Below are positions 42,008 through 51,292 of a stretch of 64,000 nucleotides of DNA, in pieces. How positions within the stretch are numbered: the stretch's first letter is position 1; every line of letters begins with the position of its first letter. The position numbers were made by a program, and so were the translations under genes. This DNA comes from Nitrospinales bacterium (GTDB taxonomy: Bacteria > Nitrospinota > Nitrospinia > Nitrospinales > VA-1): positions 2,976,001 to 3,040,000 of the forward strand of contig CBDCXL010000002.1 of NCBI GenBank assembly GCA_965223795.1, read 5' to 3'. The notes under the pieces were generated by a model. It was given only the letters and a program-made list of their open reading frames with translations, was not told where the DNA came from and did no database searches.

Positions 42008-42535
42008 CTACAACTCCTCGATGGTGATGTTTGAATTGGTGTAAATGCAGATCGACTGGGCGACGTCCATCGCCTCCTCGACGATGCGGCGGGCGTCCAG
42101 GTCCGAATGCTTGAGCAGCGATTTCGCCGCTGCCAGCGCGAACATGCCGCCGGAACCGATGGCGAGAATGCCGTCGTCGGGCTCGATCACGTCGCCGGTT
42201 CCGGAAACCAAAAGGGAATGGTCCTTGTCCGCGACGATGAGCATGGCTTCCAGCCGGCGCAGCAGTTTGTCGGTGCGCCAGTCCTTGGCGAGCTCGACGG
42301 CGGAGCGGGGCAGGTTGCCCTGAAACTTTTCCAGCTTTTCCTCGAAACGCGCGAACAGGGAAAAGGCGTCGGCGGTCGATCCGGCGAACCCGCCGATGAC
42401 CTTGTCCTGGTGCATTTTCCGTACTTTACTGGCTTTGTGCTTCATGACCGTGTTGCCGAGCGAAACCTGCCCGTCGCCGCCCATGGCGATTTTGCCTTTG
42501 TGTCTCACGGATAGAATGGTGGTTGCGTGCATCAT
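42008..42535 (-). CDS. hslV: ATP-dependent protease peptidase subunit
   Basis: [32 protein letters not shown]. Confidence 0.97.
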   Translation of the reverse strand: MMHATTILSVRHKGKIAMGGDGQVSLGNTVMKHKASKVRKMHQDKVIGGFAGSTADAFSLFARFEEKLEKFQGNLPRSAVELAKDWRTDKLLRRLEAMLIVADKDHSLLVSGTGDVIEPDDGILAIGSGGMFALAAAKSLLKHSDLDARRIVEEAMDVAQSICIYTNSNITIEEL

Positions 42536-42595
42536 GAATTTTCAGATCTTTCCGGTAGAGGTCGTGATTGTTATCAGAATCCCGGGGAATCCGGC

Positions 42596-43519
42596 TCAGT
42601 CTTTTCGCTCGGGCAGAGCCCTGGGGTGCGCTTTGTCGTAGGTTTCCGTCAGCCGGTCGATGGTCAAATGCGTGTATTTCTGGGTGGTGGATAAACTCGC
42701 GTGTCCGAGCATTTCCTGGATGGACCTCAGGTCGGCTCCGGCGTCCAGCATGTGGGTCGCGAAGGAATGTCTCAAGGAATGCGGAGAGATTCCGCCCGGA
42801 AACGGGTGCTGCCTGACGTATTTGTCGACGATCTTGCGGACACCGCGGTCGGTGATCGCCCCACCGCGCAGATTCAGAAACACAAAGTCTCCGGAGCGCG
42901 GCCGTTTCGCCAGAGTCCCGCGGATCTCAAGATAGGCCCGCATCGCTTTAAGGGCTTTTTTGCCCATCGGCACCATCCGCTCCTTGTTCCCTTTACCCAA
43001 TACCTTAACCATTCGCTCGTTGAGGTGCAAGTCCTTCATGCGCAGCCCGACCAGTTCGCCGATGCGAATTCCGGAGCTGTAGAACAGCTCCAGGATGGCG
43101 CGGTCGCGGATGCCGCCGGGGGTTTCGGGTTCGGGCAGCTTCAGCAGCCGGAACACGTCGTCGACCGACAGGTACGCAGGCAGTTTTTTCGCTTTGCGCG
43201 GCGACGGAATCGCCCTGGCGATGTTGACGGCCATTTTCCCTTCGCGGCAGAGAAACTTGCAGAAGGAGCGCAGTGTGGACAGCTTGCGGGCCACGGTGGA
43301 CGCGCTGTGCGAGCGGGTGTAGAGATGGCTCACAAAAGACCGGATCGCGAGCCCGTCGATCCGCTCAACCTCGATATTGCCGCTGCGGACGGCATGGCCG
43401 GATTCTTTCAGAAACGCCTCGAACTGGCCGAGGTCCAGCAGGTAATTCGTCACGGTGTGGCGGGATGCGTTTTTCTCCGCAATCAGGTATGATTGGAACG
43501 CCTGAATGTCCTTTTCCAA
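42596..43519 (-). CDS. xerC: Tyrosine recombinase XerC
   Basis: RDRAILELFYSSGIR, GKGNKER, PHSLRHSFATH, LGHASLSTTQKYTH, KAHPRA; typical position upstream of hslVU. Confidence 0.9.
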   Translation of the reverse strand: MEKDIQAFQSYLIAEKNASRHTVTNYLLDLGQFEAFLKESGHAVRSGNIEVERIDGLAIRSFVSHLYTRSHSASTVARKLSTLRSFCKFLCREGKMAVNIARAIPSPRKAKKLPAYLSVDDVFRLLKLPEPETPGGIRDRAILELFYSSGIRIGELVGLRMKDLHLNERMVKVLGKGNKERMVPMGKKALKAMRAYLEIRGTLAKRPRSGDFVFLNLRGGAITDRGVRKIVDKYVRQHPFPGGISPHSLRHSFATHMLDAGADLRSIQEMLGHASLSTTQKYTHLTIDRLTETYDKAHPRALPERKD

Positions 43520-43702
43520 GGAGAAACTCCTTTTATATCAATATTGTCAATCTAACTGACTGGCTGGGCGAAGTCAAGGCGCGCCGCCGCCGATTGTGAC
43601 CGGCGCGCGGCCCCGGTGCGGGGCGGCGATGATTTTTTGCAATTTATCGGCGGCGGCGACATCCTAACCCAAAAGCCTACTCACTCAAAAGGAATCCGTC
43701 AT

Positions 43703-44272
43703 ATGGCCGTTCAAGACCCGAAGGACGATTGGGAAGGGCAGATCAATCAGGCGCGCGAGCATTTCAAGGTCATCACCGAATTGCGCCAGAAGCTGGAAAT
43801 CCTGATCGAGCATGTGGATTCGCGCAAGGAAGCCCTGGAAGAGGAAATCGAGGAGAGCCTGCACGAGGCCATCCGCAACAGCCGCGACTGCCTGGAAAAA
43901 ATCCAGGAGAACGTCGAACCCAAGCTTGAGAAGGTGATCCGGGAAAAGCTTGCGGAAATCGACATCAAGATGAACGTCTGGAAGGAGGAGGGGCTGCTTG
44001 CGGTGCGGGAGGAGCTGAAAAAAGAAACCCCCGCGATCACCAAAACCGTGCTCGCCGAGCTGGAAACTATCATCGTGGAAAAGACGAAAGCGGCGCAGGT
44101 GCAGCTTGCATCCACCCTCAAGGAAGAGGTGCGCCCGGAATTCGACGCCGCGCTGGCGAAGCAGCGCGAAAGCCTGGGCGAGGAAATTTCGCGCAGCGGC
44201 AAACTGACGATCTTCTCTCTGCTTCTATCCTCTTTGGCGCTGGCGGCGGTGGCGATGCTTCTGCTGCGTTGA
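43703..44272 (+). CDS. Hypothetical coiled-coil protein with C-terminal TM anchor
   Basis: AAGGA RBS before ATG 43703; E/K-rich helical sequence; hydrophobic tail. Confidence 0.7.
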   Translation: MAVQDPKDDWEGQINQAREHFKVITELRQKLEILIEHVDSRKEALEEEIEESLHEAIRNSRDCLEKIQENVEPKLEKVIREKLAEIDIKMNVWKEEGLLAVREELKKETPAITKTVLAELETIIVEKTKAAQVQLASTLKEEVRPEFDAALAKQRESLGEEISRSGKLTIFSLLLSSLALAAVAMLLLR

Positions 44273-44287
44273 TGAAGATAACGGTCT

Positions 44288-44461
44288 TCAGGTTATCAGC
44301 CAGAACAGGAAAAAAAACAGGATTCCCGACAGGATCACCTGCCAGATGAAATCGAAGCCCGGACCCGTGAACAGGATGAGCACGGTGCAGATGCTCAGGA
44401 TGACGAAGGCGAGGATCAGCCGGGTGCGTTTTTTAAGTATCGACTTGGGGGATTCTTCCAT
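44288..44461 (-). CDS. Small two-TM protein, 57 aa (below ORF-track cutoff)
   Basis: MEESPKSILKKRTRLILAFVILSICTVLILFTGPGFDFIWQVILSGILFFFLFWLIT*, AAGGA RBS. Confidence 0.65.
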   Translation of the reverse strand: MEESPKSILKKRTRLILAFVILSICTVLILFTGPGFDFIWQVILSGILFFFLFWLIT

Positions 44462-44554
44462 CCGTGGAATCCTTCCGTTTGAGTGGGCGTCCTCCGCTGG
44501 CGCGGCACCCGGACCGGCGCGGACTATTCAGCGGCAACGGAGAAACGGCCAATC

Positions 44555-45052
44555 TCACCGGAACAGTTTTTTCATTTCCTGAACCAGCAGAATGTCCTCG
44601 GCTTCGGAAATCACGCAATCGGCTGAAAACTGATTGTCTTCCAGCACTTCCGGTTCCTCGTTGAAAATGGATTTTTTCGGGATTCCCAGCCGCGGATACG
44701 TGTCCAGGTAGTCCTGGATCGCATCGACGCTGAAGGTGTCCTTGATTTGTTCGAGGAACACGTCGTGCACCTTTTCCAGGTGGTAGATCTTTTCCAGCAT
44801 GTCTTTGTAAGTCGAGCCGAGCGTCAGCGCATAGCTTAGTTTGTATGCGTTTTCCTGGTAGTCCGGAGCGTGTTTGTTGTTGCCGTTGTTTCCGTGATAC
44901 AGGTATCTCAGCTGAAACTGGAATTTGTTCAGCTTGTAGAGATTGCGGGAAAATTTTTCCCCGAGCAGGTAGTCCAGACCTGCCTGAATTCCCTCTTCCT
45001 GAGCGATCTCCCGTGCTTCTTCGCAGTAATTTTTAATCTGTTTCTTTGTCAT
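44555..45052 (-). CDS. Hypothetical protein
   Basis: 165-aa ORF with GAGG RBS; no recognised motif. Confidence 0.65.
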   Translation of the reverse strand: MTKKQIKNYCEEAREIAQEEGIQAGLDYLLGEKFSRNLYKLNKFQFQLRYLYHGNNGNNKHAPDYQENAYKLSYALTLGSTYKDMLEKIYHLEKVHDVFLEQIKDTFSVDAIQDYLDTYPRLGIPKKSIFNEEPEVLEDNQFSADCVISEAEDILLVQEMKKLFR

Positions 45053-45256
45053 AAGACAGCAGTTTCCTCTCGACGGACTGTTGTTGCTTTCCGGATGGGG
45101 GTCTTCCTGGAAATTTAACTTGGATGGTGTCTTTTGTATCTTTTAATGCCTCCGATGTAAACAACATTTTTTTCCTGTCAGCGGAATCCGCTGTGAATAG
45201 AGGGGAAAAAAATTTGCCCTGCCGATTTAAACGAACTCACAACCGAACGAACCGGT

Positions 45257-45850
45257 TCAGGAGTTCCAGTTGCGGAAACTTTCGCGGGAATGCACGCGGG
45301 CGCACAGGTAGGCGAGATATCGGGTGAAAGAATGGAAAAAGCCTTCGTTCCCCTCGATGGGCTTGACGTAGATGAACCGCATTCCGGCGGACAGGGCGCC
45401 GGCGTCGGTGACGTAATTGTCGCCCACCATGCACACTTTCGCCGGGTCTGAAAGGTGCAGGTGGTTTTTCATCGCCGCCTCGAATCCTTTGGGGTCGGGC
45501 TTGGGGGCGGCTTCGCGCACGATTTCGACGGGGTTGAACTGCTGGAACCGGTCCTCGCTGGAATTGGTGTAGATGGCGACCTTCAAGCCTTTTTCTCGCA
45601 TTTGCCGCACTTTTTCCACCACCGCATCGGGATACACCCGGCAGTGGTGCATCCCCAGCGTCCCGTCTGCATCCAGCAGGACGCCCTCGACGCCGTCGGC
45701 GATCAGATCGTCCAGCGGCAGGTCCTCGATACGCTTTATGGCGAGGTCGGTCTTGAGGTGCGCCGGACAGAAGGGAAGGGTGAGAAAGCGCCAGACCTTG
45801 CCGAACGTCAGCCCTTCGCGGCTGGGGTGGCTTGCAATTGTTTTGGGCAT
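45257..45850 (-). CDS. HAD IIIA family phosphatase (YqeG-like)
   Basis: LLDADGTL, IYTN, PKP, MVGDNYVTD. Confidence 0.85.
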   Translation of the reverse strand: MPKTIASHPSREGLTFGKVWRFLTLPFCPAHLKTDLAIKRIEDLPLDDLIADGVEGVLLDADGTLGMHHCRVYPDAVVEKVRQMREKGLKVAIYTNSSEDRFQQFNPVEIVREAAPKPDPKGFEAAMKNHLHLSDPAKVCMVGDNYVTDAGALSAGMRFIYVKPIEGNEGFFHSFTRYLAYLCARVHSRESFRNWNS

Positions 45851-45923
45851 GGGATTGTGCGATTATTGGCAGGATCCAAGGGTTCCAACCGGGTGATTAT
45901 CTGTTCTGGCCGGGACAATAGCA

Positions 45924-46976
45924 ATGAAAACCTTCCTGACCCTGGTCTGGATCGGGCTTGTGTTTGTGTCCGCCGTTCCTGCGCAGGGTGCGAAATCCGC
46001 GCAAGACTGGTACGCCAAAGGCTTCGAGCAATCGTTGAACGGGCAGACCGATCGGGCGGTGCAATCCTACCGCCGGGCGCTGAAACTCAAACCTGGATGG
46101 GCGGAAGCCCACCACCAGCTGGCGGTTCTGTATTACCGGCTGAAGGACGGGGTGCGTGCGGTCCATCATCTGCGGCAGGCGGAACGATTTTATCTGAAGG
46201 ACGGCGGCGATCAAAGTCAAAAAAACCTCGCCATCGTGCGCAAAAATCTCAAAAAGGCATACGCCGACTTCAACTTGAGCGAAGGCGACTTCGCCGAGAT
46301 GGATGCGCTGCACCCGCCGCCCGCCGGGGAACGCTGGCAGCGCGCGGGAGCCGGGTTTCTGTTCGGCGGCCAGGGGTACCTGCTCACGCTCAACCATTTC
46401 GTCCAGGGGGCGAAAGGCCTGCGCGTGCGTTTCGCCGACGGCGGCACGGCGGGCGTCAAGCTGGTGAAATCCTACCTGGTTTACGACCTCGCCCTGTTGC
46501 GGCTCGATCCTCCGCCACAGTCTCCCGCCAACGCGCTTGAGTTCGCCGGCGCCCTGCAGGTGGGGCAGCCGGTGTTCGCGGTGGAGTACGACTTCGAAAA
46601 AAACGCGGCGCGCGGGGTGAAGCGGGGAAGGCTGCTGGCACTCAAAGCCATCAAAAAGGATAAAAACCTGCTCGAATCGGACCTGCCTTTTCAGAAAACC
46701 CAGCTGGGCGCGCCGCTGTTCGATGCGGCGGGCCGGGTCGCCGGCATCCAGATTTCCAAGACACAGGCCATGAAGGCGTTCAAGACGCACGGCAAGATGC
46801 CGGATGGGGAACTGGCGCTCAATGCGAACTACATCCGCCGGGTGCTCGCACACGTTCCCGGAGTCCGGCTTGCGGCAAAGCAGTTGAAACGGGCGGCCAT
46901 GCCGTCCGCCGATGCCGCCGCGAACATTGAAGAAACAGCGCGACGCAGCCTGCTTCAGGTCGAGGTGGACCGGTGA
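45924..46976 (+). CDS. Exported TPR + trypsin-like domain protein, catalytic Ser apparently missing
   Basis: Signal peptide, TPR (YRRALKLKP.WAEAH), GAGF, LLTLNHFV, DLALLRL, and TQLGAPLFD..GRVAGI where GNSGGPL is expected. Confidence 0.75.
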   Translation: MKTFLTLVWIGLVFVSAVPAQGAKSAQDWYAKGFEQSLNGQTDRAVQSYRRALKLKPGWAEAHHQLAVLYYRLKDGVRAVHHLRQAERFYLKDGGDQSQKNLAIVRKNLKKAYADFNLSEGDFAEMDALHPPPAGERWQRAGAGFLFGGQGYLLTLNHFVQGAKGLRVRFADGGTAGVKLVKSYLVYDLALLRLDPPPQSPANALEFAGALQVGQPVFAVEYDFEKNAARGVKRGRLLALKAIKKDKNLLESDLPFQKTQLGAPLFDAAGRVAGIQISKTQAMKAFKTHGKMPDGELALNANYIRRVLAHVPGVRLAAKQLKRAAMPSADAAANIEETARRSLLQVEVDR

Positions 46977-47629
46977 AGCGCGCGACGGCGGTTTCGCTGC
47001 TTGCGGGGTGGCTGCTGCTTTTTGGGGCCGCGGCGGGGCAGGGCGTGGAAATCACCGTGGGCCTCACGGGTGATCTGGAATATCCGGGCCTGTTCACGCT
47101 CAAGGGCGAGAGGCAGGAAGCGGGACGGCTGTGCTTTCTGAGCGAGGAGGCGCACGGCAACCTGGACCCGGAATTTCTTGAGATCCTGTCCGGGCAGGGG
47201 GTGCCGGAAGGCGTCTACCGGGTGTCGCCGGCGCTGCCGGAGGAGCAGTGGCCGGTGGGGGAGTTCGTGAAGTTCGGCGCGCTACGGCTGGTGCCCGAAT
47301 CGGAAACAGCGGCGCGGCAGCTCAACGCGCTCAACAAGAAAGGCATCGCGGTGCACGGGCGGGATTTTTATCCGCTCGCGGTGCGTGTGACGGAAAACTC
47401 CAGGATGGTGCGCTTCGTCAGCGACCGGCTGTTCGAGCAGCTGGCCCTCGGCTGGGGGGCGCTGCGCATCTCCAACTGGGACATGGGACGGCTGTACGAC
47501 TTCTACTCGAAAACCACCGCCGCCAAAGAACGCTGGAACGTGCGCGTGAAACGGGTGGAGCTGGAAAGCGTCCGCAGGGTGTGCGAACCGCTGAAAGTGC
47601 AGCGCCGCCTGGGCATGCCTCCGGAGTGA
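46973..47629 (+). CDS. Exported protein with degenerate YkuD/L,D-transpeptidase-like motifs
   Basis: Signal peptide; PEGVYRV, GIAVHG, GWGALRISNWDMGRLY resemble P.G.Y.., IHG and SHGCIR..N.D; GTGA overlap with the upstream gene. Confidence 0.6.
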   Translation: MKRATAVSLLAGWLLLFGAAAGQGVEITVGLTGDLEYPGLFTLKGERQEAGRLCFLSEEAHGNLDPEFLEILSGQGVPEGVYRVSPALPEEQWPVGEFVKFGALRLVPESETAARQLNALNKKGIAVHGRDFYPLAVRVTENSRMVRFVSDRLFEQLALGWGALRISNWDMGRLYDFYSKTTAAKERWNVRVKRVELESVRRVCEPLKVQRRLGMPPE

Positions 47630-47644
47630 TCGTCCCGAAAATGC

Positions 47645-47716
47645 TCAGTCTTTGAGAATGAGTCCGAGAGAAAACGTGAAAATCGCCAGCAGGGCGATCG
47701 CGAAGATCTGGAGCAT
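47645..47716 (-). CDS. 23-aa hydrophobic peptide B
   Basis: MLQIFAIALLAIFTFSLGLILKD*; same length as and similar to peptide A; RBS weak. Confidence 0.55.
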   Translation of the reverse strand: MLQIFAIALLAIFTFSLGLILKD

Positions 47717-47959
47717 CGGTTTTTACCCACTGTGAGTCCTCAATCCCTTCCAACCTATGCCTTTAAGACGGGTTTCCGGCAAGATCGCGGCTAGAAAAAC
47801 GAAAGGATGCAGTGAGGTCTCCGCGAGGATGCAAGCGAGGTGAACACTTGTCTTGAAAGCGTTTGCGGATAGACCTTCCCCGATTCCGCCAGCGGCCCGA
47901 TATCGGGCCCGGCGCGGCAGATTCGGAAGTTTGACGAAGCGGGGATGAAACTCAGAGGC

Positions 47960-48031
47960 TCATTCTTTCGACAGGAATCCGCCGATGAACGCAGCCAGCG
48001 CCAAAAGCACCATGAACATGATTTCGAGCAT
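47960..48031 (-). CDS. 23-aa hydrophobic peptide A
   Basis: MLEIMFMVLLALAAFIGGFLSKE*; strong AGGAGG RBS; TACAAT -10-like box at 48066-48071. Confidence 0.65.
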   Translation of the reverse strand: MLEIMFMVLLALAAFIGGFLSKE

Positions 48032-48146
48032 GGCGAACCCTCCTATTAAATCCGGCAATACCTTTATTGTACCGCTTTAAATCCGGCCTGGGGTGAGAAA
48101 CGCGGGGCGTGCCGCTCTGGAGAAAGAGAGCGGTTTGGCGCGGATG

Positions 48147-48275
48147 GGGATCTTTGCATAAGTCAGCTTGTTACAGAGATAGGGACTTATTGTCACCCTG
48201 AGCTTGTCGAAGGGTGCAGGGAATCATGCTTCGACAGGCTCAGCATGACAGGTCATCGACTTATGCAAAGATTTC
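48147..48275. mobile_element. MITE-like element copy 2 (129 bp)
   Basis: Terminal IR GGGATCTTTGCATAAGTC / GACTTATGCAAAGATTTC; core 48192-48249 is almost the exact reverse complement of the copy 1 core. Confidence 0.7.
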
Positions 48276-48282
48276 AATCGGG

Positions 48283-48768
48283 TCAGTCCAGCCATTTGTA
48301 CATCACGAACGCGTCCACGTAGCCCTTTGCGGGGTGGGCGAAGGCTCCGGGCAATCGGCCCACGGTGGCAAAGCCCAGGTCCTGCCAGAGCTTGAGCGCG
48401 TTTTCATTGGTCGAGACCACCAGATTGAACTGCATGGCCTTGTATCCCAGCTCTTTGGCAACGGCCTGCGAGTGCTCGCACAGGGCGCGGGCGATGCCTT
48501 TGCCGCGGGCTTCGGGTGCGACCATGTAGCCGCAGTTGCAGACGTGGCTGCCCAGACCCGGCTGGTTGGGCTTGATATAATAGGTGGCCACGATCTTCCC
48601 GTTTTCCTCCCCCACAAAGGTCTTGTGCGGCGTTTCCATCCAGATTCGCTCGGCCTCGCGTTTCGTCGTTTCCCTCGGATAGGGATAGGTTTCCCCCGCC
48701 ACCACGATGGGCTGGAAGATCGCCCAGATCGCTTCGAAGTCCTGTTCCGTGGCGGCGCGGATGTTCAT
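48283..48768 (-). CDS. GNAT family N-acetyltransferase
   Basis: MNIRAAT..D, GETY, YMVAPEARGKGIA, QFNLVVSTNE.A..LW..LGF. Confidence 0.92.
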   Translation of the reverse strand: MNIRAATEQDFEAIWAIFQPIVVAGETYPYPRETTKREAERIWMETPHKTFVGEENGKIVATYYIKPNQPGLGSHVCNCGYMVAPEARGKGIARALCEHSQAVAKELGYKAMQFNLVVSTNENALKLWQDLGFATVGRLPGAFAHPAKGYVDAFVMYKWLD

Positions 48769-48801
48769 AGCGAGCTGTTGAATTCGGATATGTCGATGGG
48801 T

Positions 48802-49491
48802 TCACTCCTCATAGCGGTAACCGGCGCCGTGGACGGTGCGGATGATTTTGGGATTCTGCGGGTCGATCTCGATCAGCTTTCTGAGTTTGGAGATGTGCTG
48901 GTCGAGCGTGCGGCTGTTGGGCAGGTAGCGCTGGCCCCAGCAGTGGTCGAACAGGGTGTCGCGGTCCACCACTTTGCCGCGTTGCCTATACAGCAGTTCG
49001 AGGATGGCCACGTCGCGCAGGCTGAGATCGATGCGCGTGTCGCCGCGGCGGGCGCGCAGTTCTTCGGGGTGGATCTCCAGATCGCCCATTTTCACGACGC
49101 GCGGCCGGCCGCCGTCGTTTGGCTGCGCGGCGAGGCAGCGGCGGGTGACGGCGCGGATGCGCGCCACCACTTCGCGCGTGCCGAAGGGTTTCATGATGTA
49201 ATCGTCCGCCCCCAGTTCCAGGCCGACGACGCGGTCGATCTCCTCCGATTTGGCGCTGAGAAAAATCACCGGCACCTGGCTGCCCTGGCCGCGGATCTCC
49301 CGGCAGACGCTGTAGCCGTCCTTGTTGGGCATCATGATGTCGAGCAGCACGAGCTGCGGCGCGCGGCTGTGGAACTGCCGCACCGCATCCTCGCCGTCCA
49401 CGGCGGCGAAGGTCTGGTAGCCTTCGCATTCCAGTAAATCCTGCAAACCCTCGCGGATGTGCTTGTCGTCTTCTGCGATGAGGATTTTCAT
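48802..49491 (-). CDS. OmpR-family response regulator
   Basis: ILIAEDD, LLDIMMP, GADDYIMKPF, winged helix SRTLDQHISKLR..TVHGAGY. Confidence 0.95.
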   Translation of the reverse strand: MKILIAEDDKHIREGLQDLLECEGYQTFAAVDGEDAVRQFHSRAPQLVLLDIMMPNKDGYSVCREIRGQGSQVPVIFLSAKSEEIDRVVGLELGADDYIMKPFGTREVVARIRAVTRRCLAAQPNDGGRPRVVKMGDLEIHPEELRARRGDTRIDLSLRDVAILELLYRQRGKVVDRDTLFDHCWGQRYLPNSRTLDQHISKLRKLIEIDPQNPKIIRTVHGAGYRYEE

Positions 49492-51116
49492 GCGTTTCCT
49501 TTGTGAGCGGGGGTGTCGAGTTTGATTTTAAAGCAGGCTCCCGTGTCCGAAGGCTCCAGCGTGAGATCGCCGCCGTGCAGGCGGGCGAGGTCGCGCGCGA
49601 TGCTGAGGCCGATTCCGGTTCCGGCGACGCCGTCGGTGGTCTTCGAGCTGATGCGGACAAAAGGCTGAAAGATGCGCGCCGCGTCGCGTCGGGGAATGCC
49701 GGGGCCGTGATCCTGCACGGTGATTTCGGTGCGCCCGTTTTCGCTGCGGCTTGCAATGTGAAGCTGTCCGCCGGAGGCGGCGTACTTTTCGGTGTTGCTG
49801 AACAGGTTGTTGAGGATCTGCTCGAGCGCGTCCGGGTCCACCTCCACCGGCGATTCCGCCCCGGCGGAAAATTCGACGGCCACGCCCTTGTCCTTGAGCG
49901 AGGGGGTGAAGTTTTTCAACGTGCCGCGGATGACGTCGTCCACCACCGCCGTCTCGCGGCGCAGCACCAGCCGGTTGCGTCTGGCGCGGGAAAAGTTGAG
50001 CACGTTGCCGATGAGCCGGGAGAGCCGCTGGCTTTCGGAGGTGATCACTTCCAGGTAATGCCGGAAGCGCTTCTGCTCTCCGGTTTTTTCTGTGTCTTCC
50101 GGCAGGTTTTCATCCAAGAGCTCAGCGTAAAGCCGGATGTTGGTGAGCGGTGTTTTGAGTTCGTGCGACACCTGGTTGACGAAGTTGACGCGCTGCTCGG
50201 CGAGCTGCATCTCGCGGCTGTGCTCGCGGTACAGGTAGTAGGCCAGCCCGAACAGTGCTGCGCCCACCACGATCAGCGCACCGGCCACGTTGAACCAGCC
50301 CAGGCCGCCGCCCGCGCCGAGAGCGGAGCCGAAATATTCGAGCTTCCAGCTTCCCAGCGGCGGGCTCAGGGGCAGATGGTGATCGGGAGACGCATCGGGC
50401 TCAGGTTCGAAACGGCCCCACTGGTAGATGACCGTGCCTTTGGAATCTGTGAGGCGGATGCGCGCCTCGCCCAGATGATCCTCCGGCCCGCCGGTGCCGG
50501 GCAGCCGCTCGATCAGGTCCGACTTGAGCCGCACCGGGTCCAGCTCGAAACCGACCAGCGCCTTGTCCGGGCCGCGCCACCAGAACAGGTGGTTCGTTCC
50601 CGTGCCCGCATACCACACGTGCCAGCCCGAAAGGTCCGGCTTCTCGTCGCGCACCGGCGCTTTTGCCAGCGCCTGCTGCGGCGCGGAACGGCCGGCTTCA
50701 GCGGGGGCCGCCGGGATCACGGGGTCCGGTTGCAGGCGCGCCAGCACCGCGCCGGCGCGTTCGAGGAAACGGCGTTCCATCTCGTTGAGGGGCGCGTTGT
50801 CGGGCGGGAACACGCGCTTGAATTCGGCGTCGAAGATCAGCATCTGGCGGAGGTCCGGCCGGGTGCGCAAAAAGGTGCGCACCGCATCGGCGTCACTTGC
50901 GAGCTGTGACGCCTGCGCGGACAATTCTTTTTCCAGCGATTGGAAGTGGTCGGCGAGAGTGGCGTCCACGGTACGCAGCTTGGAAGCGATTAGGGTCTGG
51001 ATCTGGTGATCGTGCAGTTTTTTGTCGTCGCTCAAAACGCGCACGCCCAGCCCTCCCAGCAGGATCAGGGGGATCACCACGATGAGCAGCAACAGGGCGA
51101 GGGGTTTGGTTTTCAA
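49488..51116 (-). CDS. Membrane sensor histidine kinase
   Basis: Two TM segments, VSHELKTPLT, N box, DHGPGI, GTGIGLSI. Confidence 0.95.
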   Translation of the reverse strand: MKTKPLALLLLIVVIPLILLGGLGVRVLSDDKKLHDHQIQTLIASKLRTVDATLADHFQSLEKELSAQASQLASDADAVRTFLRTRPDLRQMLIFDAEFKRVFPPDNAPLNEMERRFLERAGAVLARLQPDPVIPAAPAEAGRSAPQQALAKAPVRDEKPDLSGWHVWYAGTGTNHLFWWRGPDKALVGFELDPVRLKSDLIERLPGTGGPEDHLGEARIRLTDSKGTVIYQWGRFEPEPDASPDHHLPLSPPLGSWKLEYFGSALGAGGGLGWFNVAGALIVVGAALFGLAYYLYREHSREMQLAEQRVNFVNQVSHELKTPLTNIRLYAELLDENLPEDTEKTGEQKRFRHYLEVITSESQRLSRLIGNVLNFSRARRNRLVLRRETAVVDDVIRGTLKNFTPSLKDKGVAVEFSAGAESPVEVDPDALEQILNNLFSNTEKYAASGGQLHIASRSENGRTEITVQDHGPGIPRRDAARIFQPFVRISSKTTDGVAGTGIGLSIARDLARLHGGDLTLEPSDTGACFKIKLDTPAHKGNA

Positions 51117-51154
51117 ATCGGGAATTTACCTTCTTCAAGCCGTGTCCTCCAAGG

Positions 51155-51274
51155 GAGACCTTTGCATACAACGGCTATAGGGTTCGTAAGCCGTCACCCT
51201 GAGCTTGTCGAAGGGTGTGGATGATGCTTCGACAGGCTCAGCATGACAAACAAAAGATTGAATGCAAAGGTCTC
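51155..51274. mobile_element. MITE-like element copy 3 (120 bp)
   Basis: Terminal IR GAGACCTTTGCAT / ATGCAAAGGTCTC; REP-like core 51193-51247; lies between the VWA gene and the kinase. Confidence 0.72.
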
Positions 51275-51292
51275 CGAAGAAGGCGAACGGGT

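Noticed and set aside
42596..43519. Tyrosine recombinase as a phage or island integrase
   Set aside because: Size, KAHPRA tail and position in xerC-hslV-hslU-argB indicate housekeeping XerC
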